Shown: positions 51,051-63,762, numbered from the stretch's first letter. The stretch: DNA of 64,000 bases from Podarcis gaigeae (GCA_964106915.2 OZ066914.1), one strand, 5' to 3'. Notes: generated from the letters alone by a model not told the origin. Translations and numbers: made by a program.

Positions 51051-51508
51051 TTTTATTTTATTTTTTATTATTAAACATTTCAACATAACAATTTATCAAA
51101 AACATATCAACCTCATCCCACCCATAAATTTCCCTCCCCCCTCCCTAAAAAGAACCCAGCCTCCCACCCCCTCTGGACTTCCCTGAGCTCCTCTCTCTGG
51201 TTTTTGAACACATGTTACTCTCTGCATATTCTAAAATGGTAATGATCCTTAATTTATGTGTCTATATGTTACCAATAATAAATTTGTGTTTGTTTGTTCA
51301 AAACCTGCCAAGGAGATCAGTTCATTTTGTTGTTACTTTAAGTACTTTGTAAAGGGTTCCCATTCTTCTTTAAAATCACAGTTGTCCTTGTCGCGTAATT
51401 TATGCATCAATTTCTTCAGTTCCGCATAGCCCATCAATTTCCCTTGCCACTGCTCTTTTGTTGGGATTTCTTCATTCTTCCATCCTTGTGCTATTAAGAC
51501 TTTTGCCA
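51051..51508 (-). mobile_element. L1-clade LINE 3' fragment
   Basis: Relic AKVLIAQGWKNEEIPTKEQW; 17-bp TSD GTAGAGTCTGCAGTTCT (51034-51050 / 51509-51525). Confidence 0.88.
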
Positions 51509-53167
51509 GTAGAGTCTGCAGTTCTACTGGGGCTTCTGGGATGGGCTCGGCTGGGCTGGCCACACAACCTTTTCAGGCTGGAAACCTGCTGCTAAAACTG
51601 CTTCTGGGGCAGTTTTAACTGGGGCAGCTAAAACTGATGTCTGGGGCTGCTTTGGGGGCAATTCTCTCCCCCCACTCAGATACCTCTAAATCCAGGACCT
51701 CAGCCCCCAAAGATGGCTCGTGGCAGATAGCAGCAACAGCAGAAGCACACAGAAGCACCAGACAAAAAGGGCTGTAACCCATGAATGCTCAGCGACAGTA
51801 CATTTGTCCATCTTTAAAATGCCATTGGCAAACAAACAACACTTTATGATTTTCACACATTTGTAATTGGTTAAAGGCTACTTGATACAGCTGATGACCT
51901 GAACTCATCATATAATTAACTAATGGAACTGAGTAACAGTAGATGAGGTGGAGGCCAGCTATTTTGGATTTTTTTTAGAAAAAAGAATTAGATAAAATCA
52001 CCAGAGGTAGAGCTTTCAATGGCTATTAGCCTTGACAAGGAAATTGAATTTTCATATACATTATGCCATTGAATTCCAGATGTTGGGGATAAGCAACAGA
52101 ATGAGAATGTATGCTTAGAAGCAATCTGACTGACTGCTGTTGGAAACAGAATGCTAGGCTCCATAGCCTCTCACAGATGAAAGGAAGGGAAAATATATGA
52201 TCATATAAAGTGTTGGTTTGTTGTTGTTGTTTTAAGAAAAAGAGGTGCTGGAGCTCACCATGAACACCTCCCTCATTCTCTTAGAATGGCAATGGCGCCC
52301 ATCTGAGAGGTGCCAGGACTGAGTTCTGGTGAGCTCCGACTGAAAACAAGCCCTGATCATATATACCAATTGCAGTCTCAGTTCTCTGAGCACCAGTCAT
52401 CAGGCGGCAAAATGGGATTGGCCACCCTGGGCTGTGGGTGAGGGGAACACCCCCAAAACAGTCCAGTGAGAATTGAGTGTATTCAGTATCCACCCAATGA
52501 TGTCTGACTGTTGGGAAGGGGACACAGATGCAAAAACGGATGTGAGGGGAATGAGATGGGAGAACTCTGCACAGCGACATTTTTTAATTTTTTTGCACAT
52601 CCTCCTTGTTCGCATCCTGGTTCTAAACTATGACACTCTCGCATGCAGTTGAGCTATGGACATCGAAACAGAGAGGACCATTTTAATGAGAGAGCCGAGC
52701 TCAAATTACTTTGCCTCTGTAATGACTCCTTTGGGGAAAGCTGTTCAATTTCTGTTATACATTTCATTAATAAACTATAACTTGTGGTCGGCTGATATGG
52801 GGAGGATTAATGCCTTTCATGTTAGTCATTCCCTTTCGTCTGCAAACCTGTCATTACATGAAAAGCCTTATATGCATCCTCTCCCCCAAAGATGAAAGCT
52901 GTTAAAATATGGAGAAAGCACTGTTTCGTTAAAAATAGTTCCCAGGCTGGTACGTCGCATGCATCCCTTCTATTGAAGGCTTACACTATGTTGAATCAAC
53001 ATATTAAGAGAGCCTCACCCTGCCTGCACGCTATAGTCATGAAAAAGACCTTGATGTTTTTTCTGTGCAAGTTCTATTGGCTACCAGGGTAACGTAGGCT
53101 AAATGGGGCACTGGCTCACCAAATTTAATCTGCACTCAGCTAGCCCCTGCCTGCCTGCCTTACAACC

Positions 53168-54396
53168 AGGGCAGATTCACACCATACATTTAAAGTGCAT
53201 TCAACACACATTTAAAGCACATGGCTCTGGTCAAAGGATTGTGGGAACTGTAGTTTCCCACTCACAAATTTTCCATACCCTTATCAAACTACAGTTCCCA
53301 ATATTCTTTGGGGAAAGCCATGTGCTTTATTTTTTTAAAAAAATATTTTTAATTGCTTTTTAACATACATAAATATCACAAACATACTTACACAGCCAAG
53401 AAAAAAAGGAAAAAAAAGGAAAAAAGAAAAACGAAACATGTAATACATAAAAACATAGACAACTCAACTTACATTGACAAACACTCATCGACTTCTCTTT
53501 ATCTCGATTTCGGAAAAAAGTTATCATATTTTTTTTTATCTGCAGTGTCTCATTCTTCAAGCAATTTTTACGTAGTAAGCGTTATCTCATACCTACTGTG
53601 ATTTTTTCAAATATATATTTGTTTTTTATCAACATTTTTATTTTCCTTTTATTTCTGTTTCCATATATATCTTGAATTTATCCCATTCATTATTAAATTT
53701 TGTACTTTTTTGATTTCTTATTTTCTGTGTCAATTTTGCCAGTTCTAAATAATCAAATAATTTAGATTGCCACTCTATTATCGTTGGGATTTTAGACGTT
53801 TTCCAATACTGTGCTAAGAGGGTTCTGGCAGCCACTGTTGCGTATAGGAAAAATGTTTTATCTTCCTTTTTGATTTCTTCACCAATTATCCCCAGGAGGA
53901 AGGCTTCAGGTTTTTTGCTAAAGGTGTATTTGAGGACTTTTTAAAATTCATTATAGATAGATTCCCAAAATTTTTTAAGTATCTCACATGACCACCGCAT
54001 ATGTATAAAGTCGCCCTCCTTACTCTTGCATTTCCAACACATTTTATCACCTGTTTTATAAATTTTATCCAATTTTACCGGCGTCATGTACCATCTGTAC
54101 ATCATCTTATACATGTTCTCCTTGAGTGTTGTACATGCCGTGAAGTTCATACCTTTTCACCATAATGCCTTCCATTTGTCAAACTATATTATAACCTAAA
54201 TCCACTGCCCACTTCACCATCACCTCCTTCACTTCCTCATCTTTGGTGTCCCACTCAAGTAACCGGTTGTACATTTTTGATAGTAATTTTGTTCTTCCTT
54301 CTATTATTTCAATCTGAAATCTAGATTTCGGGGAAAGCCATGTGCTTTAAATGTGCATTGAATCGGCCTTTCCAATGCATGGTGTGGATCTGCCCC
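53168..54396. mobile_element. Palindromic MITE split by an L1 insertion
   Basis: GGGCAGATTCACACCA...TGGTGTGGATCTGCCC termini; a related copy lies at about 60622-60826. Confidence 0.7.
53330..54329 (-). mobile_element. L1-clade LINE 3' fragment
   Basis: Relics YKMMYRWYMTP, CWKC and AARTLLAQYWK; 20-bp TSD GGGGAAAGCCATGTGCTTTA (53310-53329 / 54330-54349). Confidence 0.92.
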
Positions 54397-55399
54397 TACT
54401 CAGGGATTCATCTTGCCTGTCATTGTCTCTGCCCCCCCCCCCCTACTGTTGGTCTCCCTGCCTTTCACCCTACCAGCCACCACTGTACCCTGTACTTGTA
54501 CAGCTTCCATTAATTGCAAGAGGAAATGTTGGCGCATTGGAAGGCCCAGGTGTCCTGCACCTCTTGGTGAATTGTATTCTGCACTCTAAAGTAAGCCTTA
54601 GAGAAATCACCATTATAGAAAAGCATTGACAAGATCGGAAAATGTATAGCTGAGGATAAAAAGGGTCTTAAAGGCAAGTTTGAAGAAAAAAGAATAGTGG
54701 TGCAGTCTTTATTTGGGAGCAAATTGCATGGAACTCAATGCGGCTTCTTCATTTGTTTGAAAATTTATAATCTGCTCTTTCATAAAATATAACAAGGTGG
54801 CTTGCAACATATAAAATACAATAAAACTAGTCTCTAGATAGCTATAAAACATAATTAAAAACATCAATAAAAATCTTGCTAAATATGCATAGGCTCACGC
54901 TGTGTGGGTGAAAAGCAATTTTTGTATTGTTAAGTGGCTATGAAAGAGACCAAATGGAGAAATGTGTTTTGCTCAGTGAGGACCTGAGGCTCATTTGAAA
55001 GAAGGCAGATGTAAGTTAAGCAGAAAGGAAGACTTTATAACTACAGTAAAAGTAGTTCAGCACTAGAGCAAGATGCCACGGGAGACCAAAGAACGTCTCC
55101 CCTTGAAGCATTTCCAGGAAGAAAAAAAAGGGCAGGCAACAATTAGGGATGCTTTTGAAAAAGATGAAGGGGGAGTGGTGTTAGATTATCTGCTTCTTCC
55201 ATCTTGTGGTTTAGGATTCATAACTTTTAGATGAAGAGTAATTTAGAATGTTGAGACTATTAAGAAGGAGATTTCATACTGCAGGGTTTAAGCTCTAGAG
55301 GTGTATCCAGTTGGGGTGTTTCTATGTGAAGCCTTATGTGTATGTATGCATACAATCACTGTGAGAAACTGCATTTATAGCTATTGCAGAAATTGTGTA

Positions 55400-55660
55400 C
55401 AGTCATACCTCAGGTTACAGATGCTTCAGGTTGTGTTTCTTTGAGTTATGGACCCGCCAAAACCCGGAAGTACCGGAACAGGTTACTTCCGGGTTTAGGT
55501 GGTCATGCATGTGCAGAAGTGCTAAATCGCACTTTGCGCATGCACAGAAGTGCCAAATCGCAACCCACGCGTGCACAGACGCACCGCAGTGGGTTGCGAA
55601 CACTGTGGGTTGCAAACGTGCATCCTGCATGGATCATGTTCACAACCCGACCGTCCACTG
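55400..55660. mobile_element. Tigger/pogo-like MITE, family B
   Basis: TA-flanked CAGTCATACCTC...GTCCACTG; homologous to 43636-43895 with more CpG decay. Confidence 0.82.
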
Positions 55661-57739
55661 TATTTGTGTCTTTCACAATGTTGCATAGTTAAAATGTATG
55701 TATATGTGTATGAAAGTATAGTACCCTTTAGATTTGGGAAGCAAGACAGCTGTAAGTCTTTTGCATAGGAGTCTGAGAAGAAAGTTGCTCAGGGGAAGAC
55801 GATGCATGTGAAATAAAATACTGTCACAATGCAGAAAAAATAATATATTTTTAGGATTTAGTTATCAGTAAATTGCAATACAGGTAGGCCACATTTGACC
55901 CTGGTCGGTCCTCAACAGCCTTGTCTGGATTTTGCTGTAAAAATACTGTACAGGTAATTATAAACTGGTTTAATGCTTTAATAGTCCTTTTAATTTATTG
56001 ATCTAGATTTTAAAAATTCCTTAGGGCTCAGCACAGATGTCAACATACTAAATTGAGAAGATGTGCAATCCCCCCATACAAACCACACACAAAACTAAAC
56101 AGTCAGTTCTCAACAATAACAAATCTTGCCCAGTTGACGAGGTCCTAAGGGTTCTGTAGTAGAGGTTGCAACGGTTCAGCTGCTTTGCATGCAGATGGTC
56201 CCAGGTTCAGTCCCTGGCGTCTTCTGCTAAAAGGATCATGTGGCATGTGAAGGGGAAGACCTCTTCATGAGACCCCGGAGAGCTACTGCCAATCAGAGTA
56301 AAAGCTGGGCTAGATGGAACAATTTTCTGATCCGTATTAGGTAGCTTCATATATTCATAATCCCTAGGTCATTTCAAGTCAATCTGGGAGAGTTCCCAGG
56401 TGCATACAAACCAGAGGTGTTTACCAGAAACTGCAGAGGTCTAGGTCCAGAAGGATCTATGCTTCTAAGTGTGGAGCCAGACTACATGTTGTATGAATGC
56501 AAATACTAGTCATATCAGACTAGGGCTTTGCCTGGACAACAGTAGTCTCCACTGTGCCAGGCTCCTGGCTCCACAGCTCCCTACAAGCCCAGATAATTTG
56601 CACATTGGAAACCACCAAACACCACAGAGCTTTTTTATTCGGTGGCTCCATTTCCAACATGACACTTCCCACCTTCACAAGTCATCTATTCACCATTGTT
56701 TTCCATGTCATATGATGTTGAAGGCGTATGTGACCCCTAAAATAAGGCAAACAGGAAGGTTTTATAAAATTTCTGAAATATGTTTACATTTGGCTCTGGT
56801 GGATCTCCATGGCAGGGGGGAATTGTCACACAGCTGTGAAGTCACCAACTGGGCCTTTTTATATGCCACCATTGCTTGGAAGTAACACAAGAGTTGATTG
56901 CTCCAGTGAAAGACTCTCAATTGATACTGAAGATCACTATGAGACATTCTGGATGAACGAGCCTTCCACCTATGTATTGTTTCCAGAAGCCCATGTCCAA
57001 TGCACACCAAACACCTTTGGGAGGCGTTGGCTTTTACCCTAAATTATATGATAATGGCATCTCAAACTTTCTCGTATTTCTTTTGCACCAGCAGAGGTTA
57101 CCTATCCCTTGGGTTGCTAAAGAGAGGCAACACTGGGAAGGTATTTCCACATCACACACCTGCAGGGAAACACAGCCTTTAGCCAGAATAGCCAACTGAA
57201 AGCTCCTGATTCAGGGGCAATAAGCCCCTGGATATCACATGCTGTGGGCAATTGTTGCCCTTATGCCTTGCTCTTAAGCGTCCCACAGGCTCGACACTGT
57301 GGGAAGCTCTGAACTAGCCGGACCTTTGGTCTGATCCAGCGGGGCTCCTCTTCTTAAGGCACGCCAGGAGGGAGCAGTGAGCACAACTTCCTTCTCCTTC
57401 CTTACCTTCTTTAGTTTTCAGGATCAGAGAACCGGGTCATCTGGAGGAGACACTCTCCGGAGGGACTCCAGGTGGGAGCGCACCTCTTTCGGATGTCCTG
57501 AGAGTTCTCTTCCCGCCCCCGCCGCTCCATAGGCGGCTTGCTTGGCTGGTGGTGCTGAAGGGACAGCTCCCCGCCGAGCTCCCGAAGCGCTTCCCCGACA
57601 GGGTTGCGGAAGGGGCGGACAGCTCCCCTAGGGAAGCCGGGGAAAGGAGGGCTCCCCACGGAGCCCGGGCGGGAGGGTGGGCTGCCGGTAGTAGCGGCTG
57701 TGCTGCTAACGGGGACTCTCCGAGCGCCTTTGCTGTTCA

Positions 57740-57880
57740 CACCGCGGCGGCTGGAGGGGGTGGAGAGAGGGAGATCAGGCGGGGAGGGGGGGGAGCAGCA
57801 GCTGGCCCGGGGGCTTCGCGGCGCACAGGGCTGGCTGGTGCTGAAGGAACAGCAGCTTCCGCTCCGCTCCAGGCTTCCAG
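57740..57880 (+). other. ZDHHC22: Probable non-coding exon 1 of ZDHHC22 (5' limit uncertain)
   Basis: Donor CAG|GTAAAT at 57880/57881 within the CpG island would pair with the acceptor at 59372. Confidence 0.5.
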
Positions 57881-58311
57881 GTAAATATAGGGACGGCGGG
57901 GAGGACCTATCCAGGCAGCGAGCAAGGGGACTTCAAGGTGAATTCAGCGCTCCTTGCCAGACAGATAGCCAGACGGAGCTGACTGGGGAAGCGGAGACTC
58001 CTGGCAGGTCCCTCGCCAAGTCACCCGCCCGCAGGGCTGGAGCACAGAAAAGTTCCCAGCGGCGACCATCAGATCCGGGGAGCGGACAGAGTTCCTCGCC
58101 TCTCCGCAACAAAGGCAGCGCCTAAGTTCGCCTTCCCCATGGACAGAGGCAAGGGGCGGCCCCTTGAGAACAGGCTGGGGCGCCGGGGCGCCTTGTTAGC
58201 AATGTTCTTCCACATTTGAAGTACGTGTGTCGTACATGGATTTGTTTTGGAAGAGAAAGCCAAGCGTGGAGAGCTGGGTGAGGAAGGCGGGGTGGAGAGG
58301 GAAACTGAAGG

Positions 58312-58362
58312 GGTGTGTGTGTGTGTGTGTGTGTGTGCGTGTGTGTGCGTGTGTGTGTGTGT
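58312..58362. repeat. (GT)n microsatellite in the presumed intron 1
   Basis: Direct reading; alternating purine-pyrimidine tract. Confidence 0.95.
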
Positions 58363-59386
58363 GGCGCGGGGGAGGTAGACTTGTAGCAACACCTCCCTGT
58401 TTGGGTGTCGGAGCCCCCGCGTTCATTAAGGTGGGTGGCTGCGTGGGGAGTGGATGTCGCCTTGCTTCGTTCTGCGATGCGCCTTGACGGAGCAGCGATG
58501 CCAGACAGGCTGAAAGCCACAGACAGAGTTCCTTGCTGGCGCACCGCTGGCGGCTGGTGCCCGGCAGCACTTAAGCAGCTGTTTGGAGCATTTCCTGATG
58601 ATGCCCATGTCAGGGCAACAGCCGCCGCGGTAATCTGCGGATTTGTGGCTTTCCAGACGAAATTAGAGCATCGTTTTGGATCCGTATTGCAGCGGATTAG
58701 GACCGCCACCCGGATCCTCGCCTCCCCGCTATCTAATTAATAGCGCATAATAAAATAATAACGGCGCCCTGCATGGAAGAAGAGGAACTCCTGAATTGTA
58801 GGGCGAGCCTCGGCAGGTCTGCTCAGCACACACACAAATCCTCCTCGGAGTTGAAGGGGACTCGCTCCCCGGCGAGGGTGTCTTGCAGCCTTCCAGATCA
58901 GGGGGCCACGAGGAGCAGAGAGAGCTGGGTGGCGATGCAACCGGCAGGCAGGCAGATAGGCAGGCAGGCAGGCAAGAGGCAGGCAACCTGAGAGAGACAC
59001 TCCAGGGACTGCGGCCCCTGGCATCTCAGTGGCAATGCTGCCCGCCAGGGGCAGGGCCCTGGAGCCAGACCTGAGGCTCAACGATGGAGAGCGAACCTTT
59101 GAGTTTGTCCTCCTGTGCACCGCTGATGAGCAGAGCTAGGAGGCGAGATGTGTGCGGTGCGTTTGTGAGAGATTCCACTGGGGAAGGGAGCAGGTTGGGA
59201 GGGACGAAGAGCCAAGGAGACCTGTGAGGAGGTGCTTCTTTTTCTCCAGCAGCGGGGCGGCGGCGGGGGGGGGGGAGAGGGGCGAATGGGGAATCCTTGT
59301 GTGCCTGGGAAAGTGCAAGTCCACAGGCTAGGCTGGTGACCATTTGCTCTCTCCTCTTGCTCCCCGTTGCAGGAATGTAATCCACA

Positions 59387-59954
59387 ATGCTAGTCCTCAG
59401 GTTCCTCAATGTGGTCGCTCCTGCCTACTTCCTGTGCATCTCCTGTGTGACCTTCGTCCTCCAGCTCTTCCTCTTCATCCCCAGCATGTTCAAAGACCCT
59501 TCCGCCACCCCGCTCTTCTGCTCCTCCGCTTTGCTGCACGGCGCCCTCTTCCTCTTCCTCTCGGCCAACGCGCTGGGCAACTACATCCTGGTGATCCAGA
59601 ACACCCCCGAGGACCTGAGCAAGGGCCTGAACTGGGTCGGAGGAGCCGATGGGGTGGCCTCCGACTGGCCCGATGGGAGCTGCCCCCCTGGCTCGGCCTT
59701 ACCCAACACTCACTTCTGTAGACTGTGTGCCCGGGTCACCCAAAGGCATGACCACCACTGTTTCTTCACAGGGAACTGCATTGGGAGCAGGAACATGAGG
59801 AACTTCGTCATGTTCTGCCTCTATACTGCTTTGGCTTGCCTGGATTCCTTGGTGGCAGGGCTGGCTTACATTTCCACTGTGCTCTCCACCTCCTTTGCCA
59901 ACCCACTGGCATTCCTCACTCTCCTGCCTCAGTCCATCAGCCAGTTCTTCTCAG
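59387..59954 (+). CDS. ZDHHC22: Palmitoyltransferase ZDHHC22, first coding exon (189 codons + 1 nt; last exon not found in the window)
   Basis: MLVLRFLNVVAPAYFLCIS... with DHHC cysteine-rich domain CRLCARVTQRHDHHCFFTGNCIGSRN and transmembrane segments. Acceptor TCCCCGTTGCAG at 59372; donor TCAG|GTCAGT at 59954/59955. Confidence 0.96.
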
Positions 59955-62381
59955 GTCAGTGACTTCTCCTCTAGCAGAAGGGGTATCTGTGGCTCCCTTC
60001 CCTCTCCCCCTCTCTCTGCCAACCCTTCTTTACAAGCCTTCCTTTCCCACAACAGCTGTCCCTCCAGCATTGCCAGGAGCCCGGGGGAGGGGGCTGTCTG
60101 TGCCTATGTGGGTTTCCTATGTTTCTTCACCCATCTTTTGCTTTAATTGCTGCTTATTGGAATAGCCAGCAAATAAAAAAGCCGGGGTGCTGTGCAAAAG
60201 CCACCTTGATACACAAAGGTTGGGGCCTGCTTCAGGCTACCGTCCAATGCTGTCTATGTATAATTGAGTTGATTCCAAGGAAAGCACCCTGCAATGTCCT
60301 ATGGGTGACTCAGTGTGGACCAGCCCAAGGCTATTGTCTGAAAGGTTTTGTACATGTTGGAAGACGGTGGAAGGAGCATTTCATTCTTGTATTATGTGAC
60401 TGAGGGAAGTTAGTGTAGAGGCTTGCAAGAAAGGTTCCTTTTCCAGAGTTCTATTTTCTCAGAAACTCACTGGTTACACCTGGACTTTGGTTCCTCCTGA
60501 TCTGAACATCATGTCCCTTCCTGTGAAAAGGACAGGAACTCATTATGGAGAAAATTAATACAGTTAATAATTTAATATTTCATTTAGGCAGCAGCCCTAA
60601 TTAAGCCAGTCCTATTGAACCTTCAGATCAACATCACACATTAAAAACATGTCCAGCTTGCATTGAAAGCAAATGACTTTCCCCCAAAACACCCTAAGAA
60701 CTGTACTCGGTGAAGGGTATTAAGAACTGTAGCTCTGTTAGCAGTAAACCACAGTTCTTATGATTCTCTGTGGGACGTCCTAAATGGGCATTGGATGTGC
60801 TTTAAATGTGTGGTGTGGATCTGCCCTTATTAACATGCATAGGATTGCACTGCTAAGCTGCCACTCTAAACACACTTGCTAGGTGTAAGTCCCATTGCTG
60901 AATAAGCATGCATAGGATTGCACTGTCATTGTCTCCTAGTGGAGGTAGACAAAAAGCAGAATTGATGCGAGGCACCCTGCTACATCCCACTTGCAAGTGC
61001 TCTGCTGACTGAATTTGAAATGTGATTCAGATTCTGACCTGTCTGGCCAAGATCAAACAGGCTTCATCATCATGCTGTTTTTCTTTTTCTCCACACCTCC
61101 GTTTGTGCCCAGTTTCTGGTTTTCCCTCCTCTTATTTGTCAATTTACACCCCTACTGCTCTCGCTTCTGAAATTCAAGAACCATACAAAAGATCATTAAA
61201 ATGAGAAGCACACACACTAAAGCCAGCCCAATACATTTTGCTGCCTGAGGCATAATAGTAAACACCACCTCTCAAGTTAAGATGAACAGTACCCAAGGCC
61301 AGTCAAGTTATGCTGATTCCTGAAGCAGAAAATCTCACAAGTAACTTTTCTCTATCCTGGTAAAAAAAAAACACTTTAAATAACAAGTTGCTGCCTTTTT
61401 TTGACACCCAAGATCTGCTGCCTGAGGTAGCTGCCTCACTTTGCCTAATGGTAGGGCTGGGGTCATGGGCGCACACACATAGATGGAGTCAGTTCCGAAA
61501 GTGATTTTTCCCACCCAACAGGCTTGCTGTCTGAATGCATTGTGTTTCCAGAGTTTATAGACTGAACGACTTACAAGGAAGCGTTAATATCCCTTCCTGC
61601 TGCTAACATTGTACAACCAGGGAAGGATTGAGAAAAGGTCAGGGGTGTATATATTGGCTTTGAGATTATCCACGGGCTTGTTGACTCTAGTCTGTTCTTT
61701 ATTGTTTATAATGACTGAGGCTAAATGAACTCAGTTTGTTCCTTAGATAAAAGGATAAATTTGTATGGCTGATATGCACACAAACGCCAGTTTACTCAGA
61801 TGGTAGTGTGAAGGTAGATCTTCATTGCAATATTATTTTAAGGTGGTGTCTGAGAAGAGTGGGGTTGTTGTTGTTGTTGTTTTTTAAAAAAATAATGTTG
61901 GATCAATTTCTTAAGCTGACAGCTTGCCAAGTTCATTTTGATGCTTGGACTCTGCCCAGCTTTTATAAACTGGAAAGGGAGAAGAAGAGGAAAGGCCACT
62001 GCAGTCAGGTGCTTTGTTGCGATTCCTTGATTCCATCGCCTATTCCCTAGCAGTCCTCCCATGAGCTAAGGCATGAGTTCTAATGTGAGCTGCAAAATGG
62101 AAGAAAGGTGGGAATATATATGTAACAAATAAAATAAAACTAAATGGTGATAAAGAGTATCTCTCTTTGTTTTAGAAGTGCTGCCCCATGATAGTCCTGG
62201 TACAGGAAGCCCCTCCATGCATTCTCAATCTGAACAACCTACTTGCATGATTTATGGGGATGTGTTATTGCAAGGCATTGATGTATCACCACCAAGGGCT
62301 TAATAACATGAAGGGTGAATGAAGAGAGAAAAATTCTGCCATGAGCTACCATCTTCCCTTTCCCCTGTGGCGCTGTGCCCC

Positions 62382-62382
62382 A

Positions 62383-62421
<39 letters not shown>
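62382..62421. repeat. (AAT)n microsatellite, tail of a short L2-like fragment
   Basis: Direct reading; followed by TACCCCACCCATCTG as in the copy at 34958. Confidence 0.85.
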
Positions 62422-62422
<1 letters not shown>

Positions 62423-63762
62423 TTTTTTTTACCCCACCCATCTGACTGGGTTGCCCCGTCTTCAGATAGGAAACAGCCTGAAGTGGGAAAAGATGGAATC
62501 GTTTCATGCTGTAGAGGTGCTTCTATCACAAAATAACCTTCCTGAAATGAGCAACTATGGCCAGAGGTGTTACACCTTAGGTGGCCTGGAATGGATTTCA
62601 AAATTGGATTGGTATGCAAAATCATCATCGTGCTTCACCATTCATTAATTCATTCAGGCAGCCTTCCCATTTCTAGACCTCCCATCCAACTGTCCTCCGG
62701 GCAGTTTACAAAAATCAATAGAATACACAAATGCAATGCAATCAATAAAATAATCTCAATACAAATGACATAAAAACTCAGAAACCAACAGATTCTGAGC
62801 AGCATAGAATCATTCTAAAAAGCCAGCAAAGGGAAAACATTTGGTTCCTAGATGCTCTAAAACCCACAACTGAATTTAAATTCTATTTCTGACATGATTA
62901 AGTTACAGCAATAGTGTTGTCATCATATCACCTCATGTCCATCTGGAAGAAAATAAAGACATTGAGGTGGTGAAATGTGGGGGAGCTGAGTTAGCCTGCC
63001 TGCTTCATGCTCAGCTTTTGCAAACTTTGCTCAGGAGGAATAATCAAAACAACAACTTCAGCTGTTTTACTGTATCTGCTTGCTTCAAGAAGGAGATTAA
63101 GAAACCATACGTGTTTTTAAGCAAGTGGCTTCCGGGAGAATTTCAATTAGAAGCGGGAACAAAGAAATTGACAATTTTCCCTCTGCAAATGTTAGAAACA
63201 CGACCGCTAAAATGAAGCCTGAAGCCTTTTCTGGGAGAAAATGTCTCAGCACATCTCCTGCTACAGCCTGAGCATTGAAAGGAGATAGCACAGGCGTTCA
63301 ATTAATGTCTGCCTCCAGACCCCCTTCCCACTGTTTCAAATCCATCTCACAGTAGAGAAATTACATATGTCTGGGGTTTTTTTTGCTTTCCAAAGGAGCC
63401 TGGTCTCTCTTTCACTATTTAGTGTTCATGATGCCTTCCTGCAACTAATGGGACCTGACAAGGATGGAAGGATGACACTGCATTTAGAAAGCAATGTTGA
63501 ACAGATCCCCTTAACGTCTCTTTCAAGTTTACAGAAGACTCTTGGAATAACCAGCTGCCACCGTCTCCTTATACTGTAACAAGCTGTCATGGGGATTGAC
63601 TACAATGTGGTGGCAGAGAATCTCTCTCTTTCTTCCTTGCCGCCATATTGGAGAGTTAACTGATGAAATGGATGAGCAGCAAACTCAGGGCAGATAAAAG
63701 AAAGTGATGGTGGCCATTAGCTTAAGTGGCTTTTAAAGTAAAGATTAGACTATTTCCTAAAA

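Larger units (their letters stand above)
57450..59300 (+). promoter_or_regulatory. ZDHHC22: CpG island / promoter region of ZDHHC22
   Basis: High GC and CpG in unique sequence immediately upstream of the ZDHHC22 coding exon. Confidence 0.8.

Noticed and set aside
57411-59409. Long ORFs in the ZDHHC22 CpG island
   Set aside because: Compositional artefacts; the HT and CV repeats come from (GT)n.
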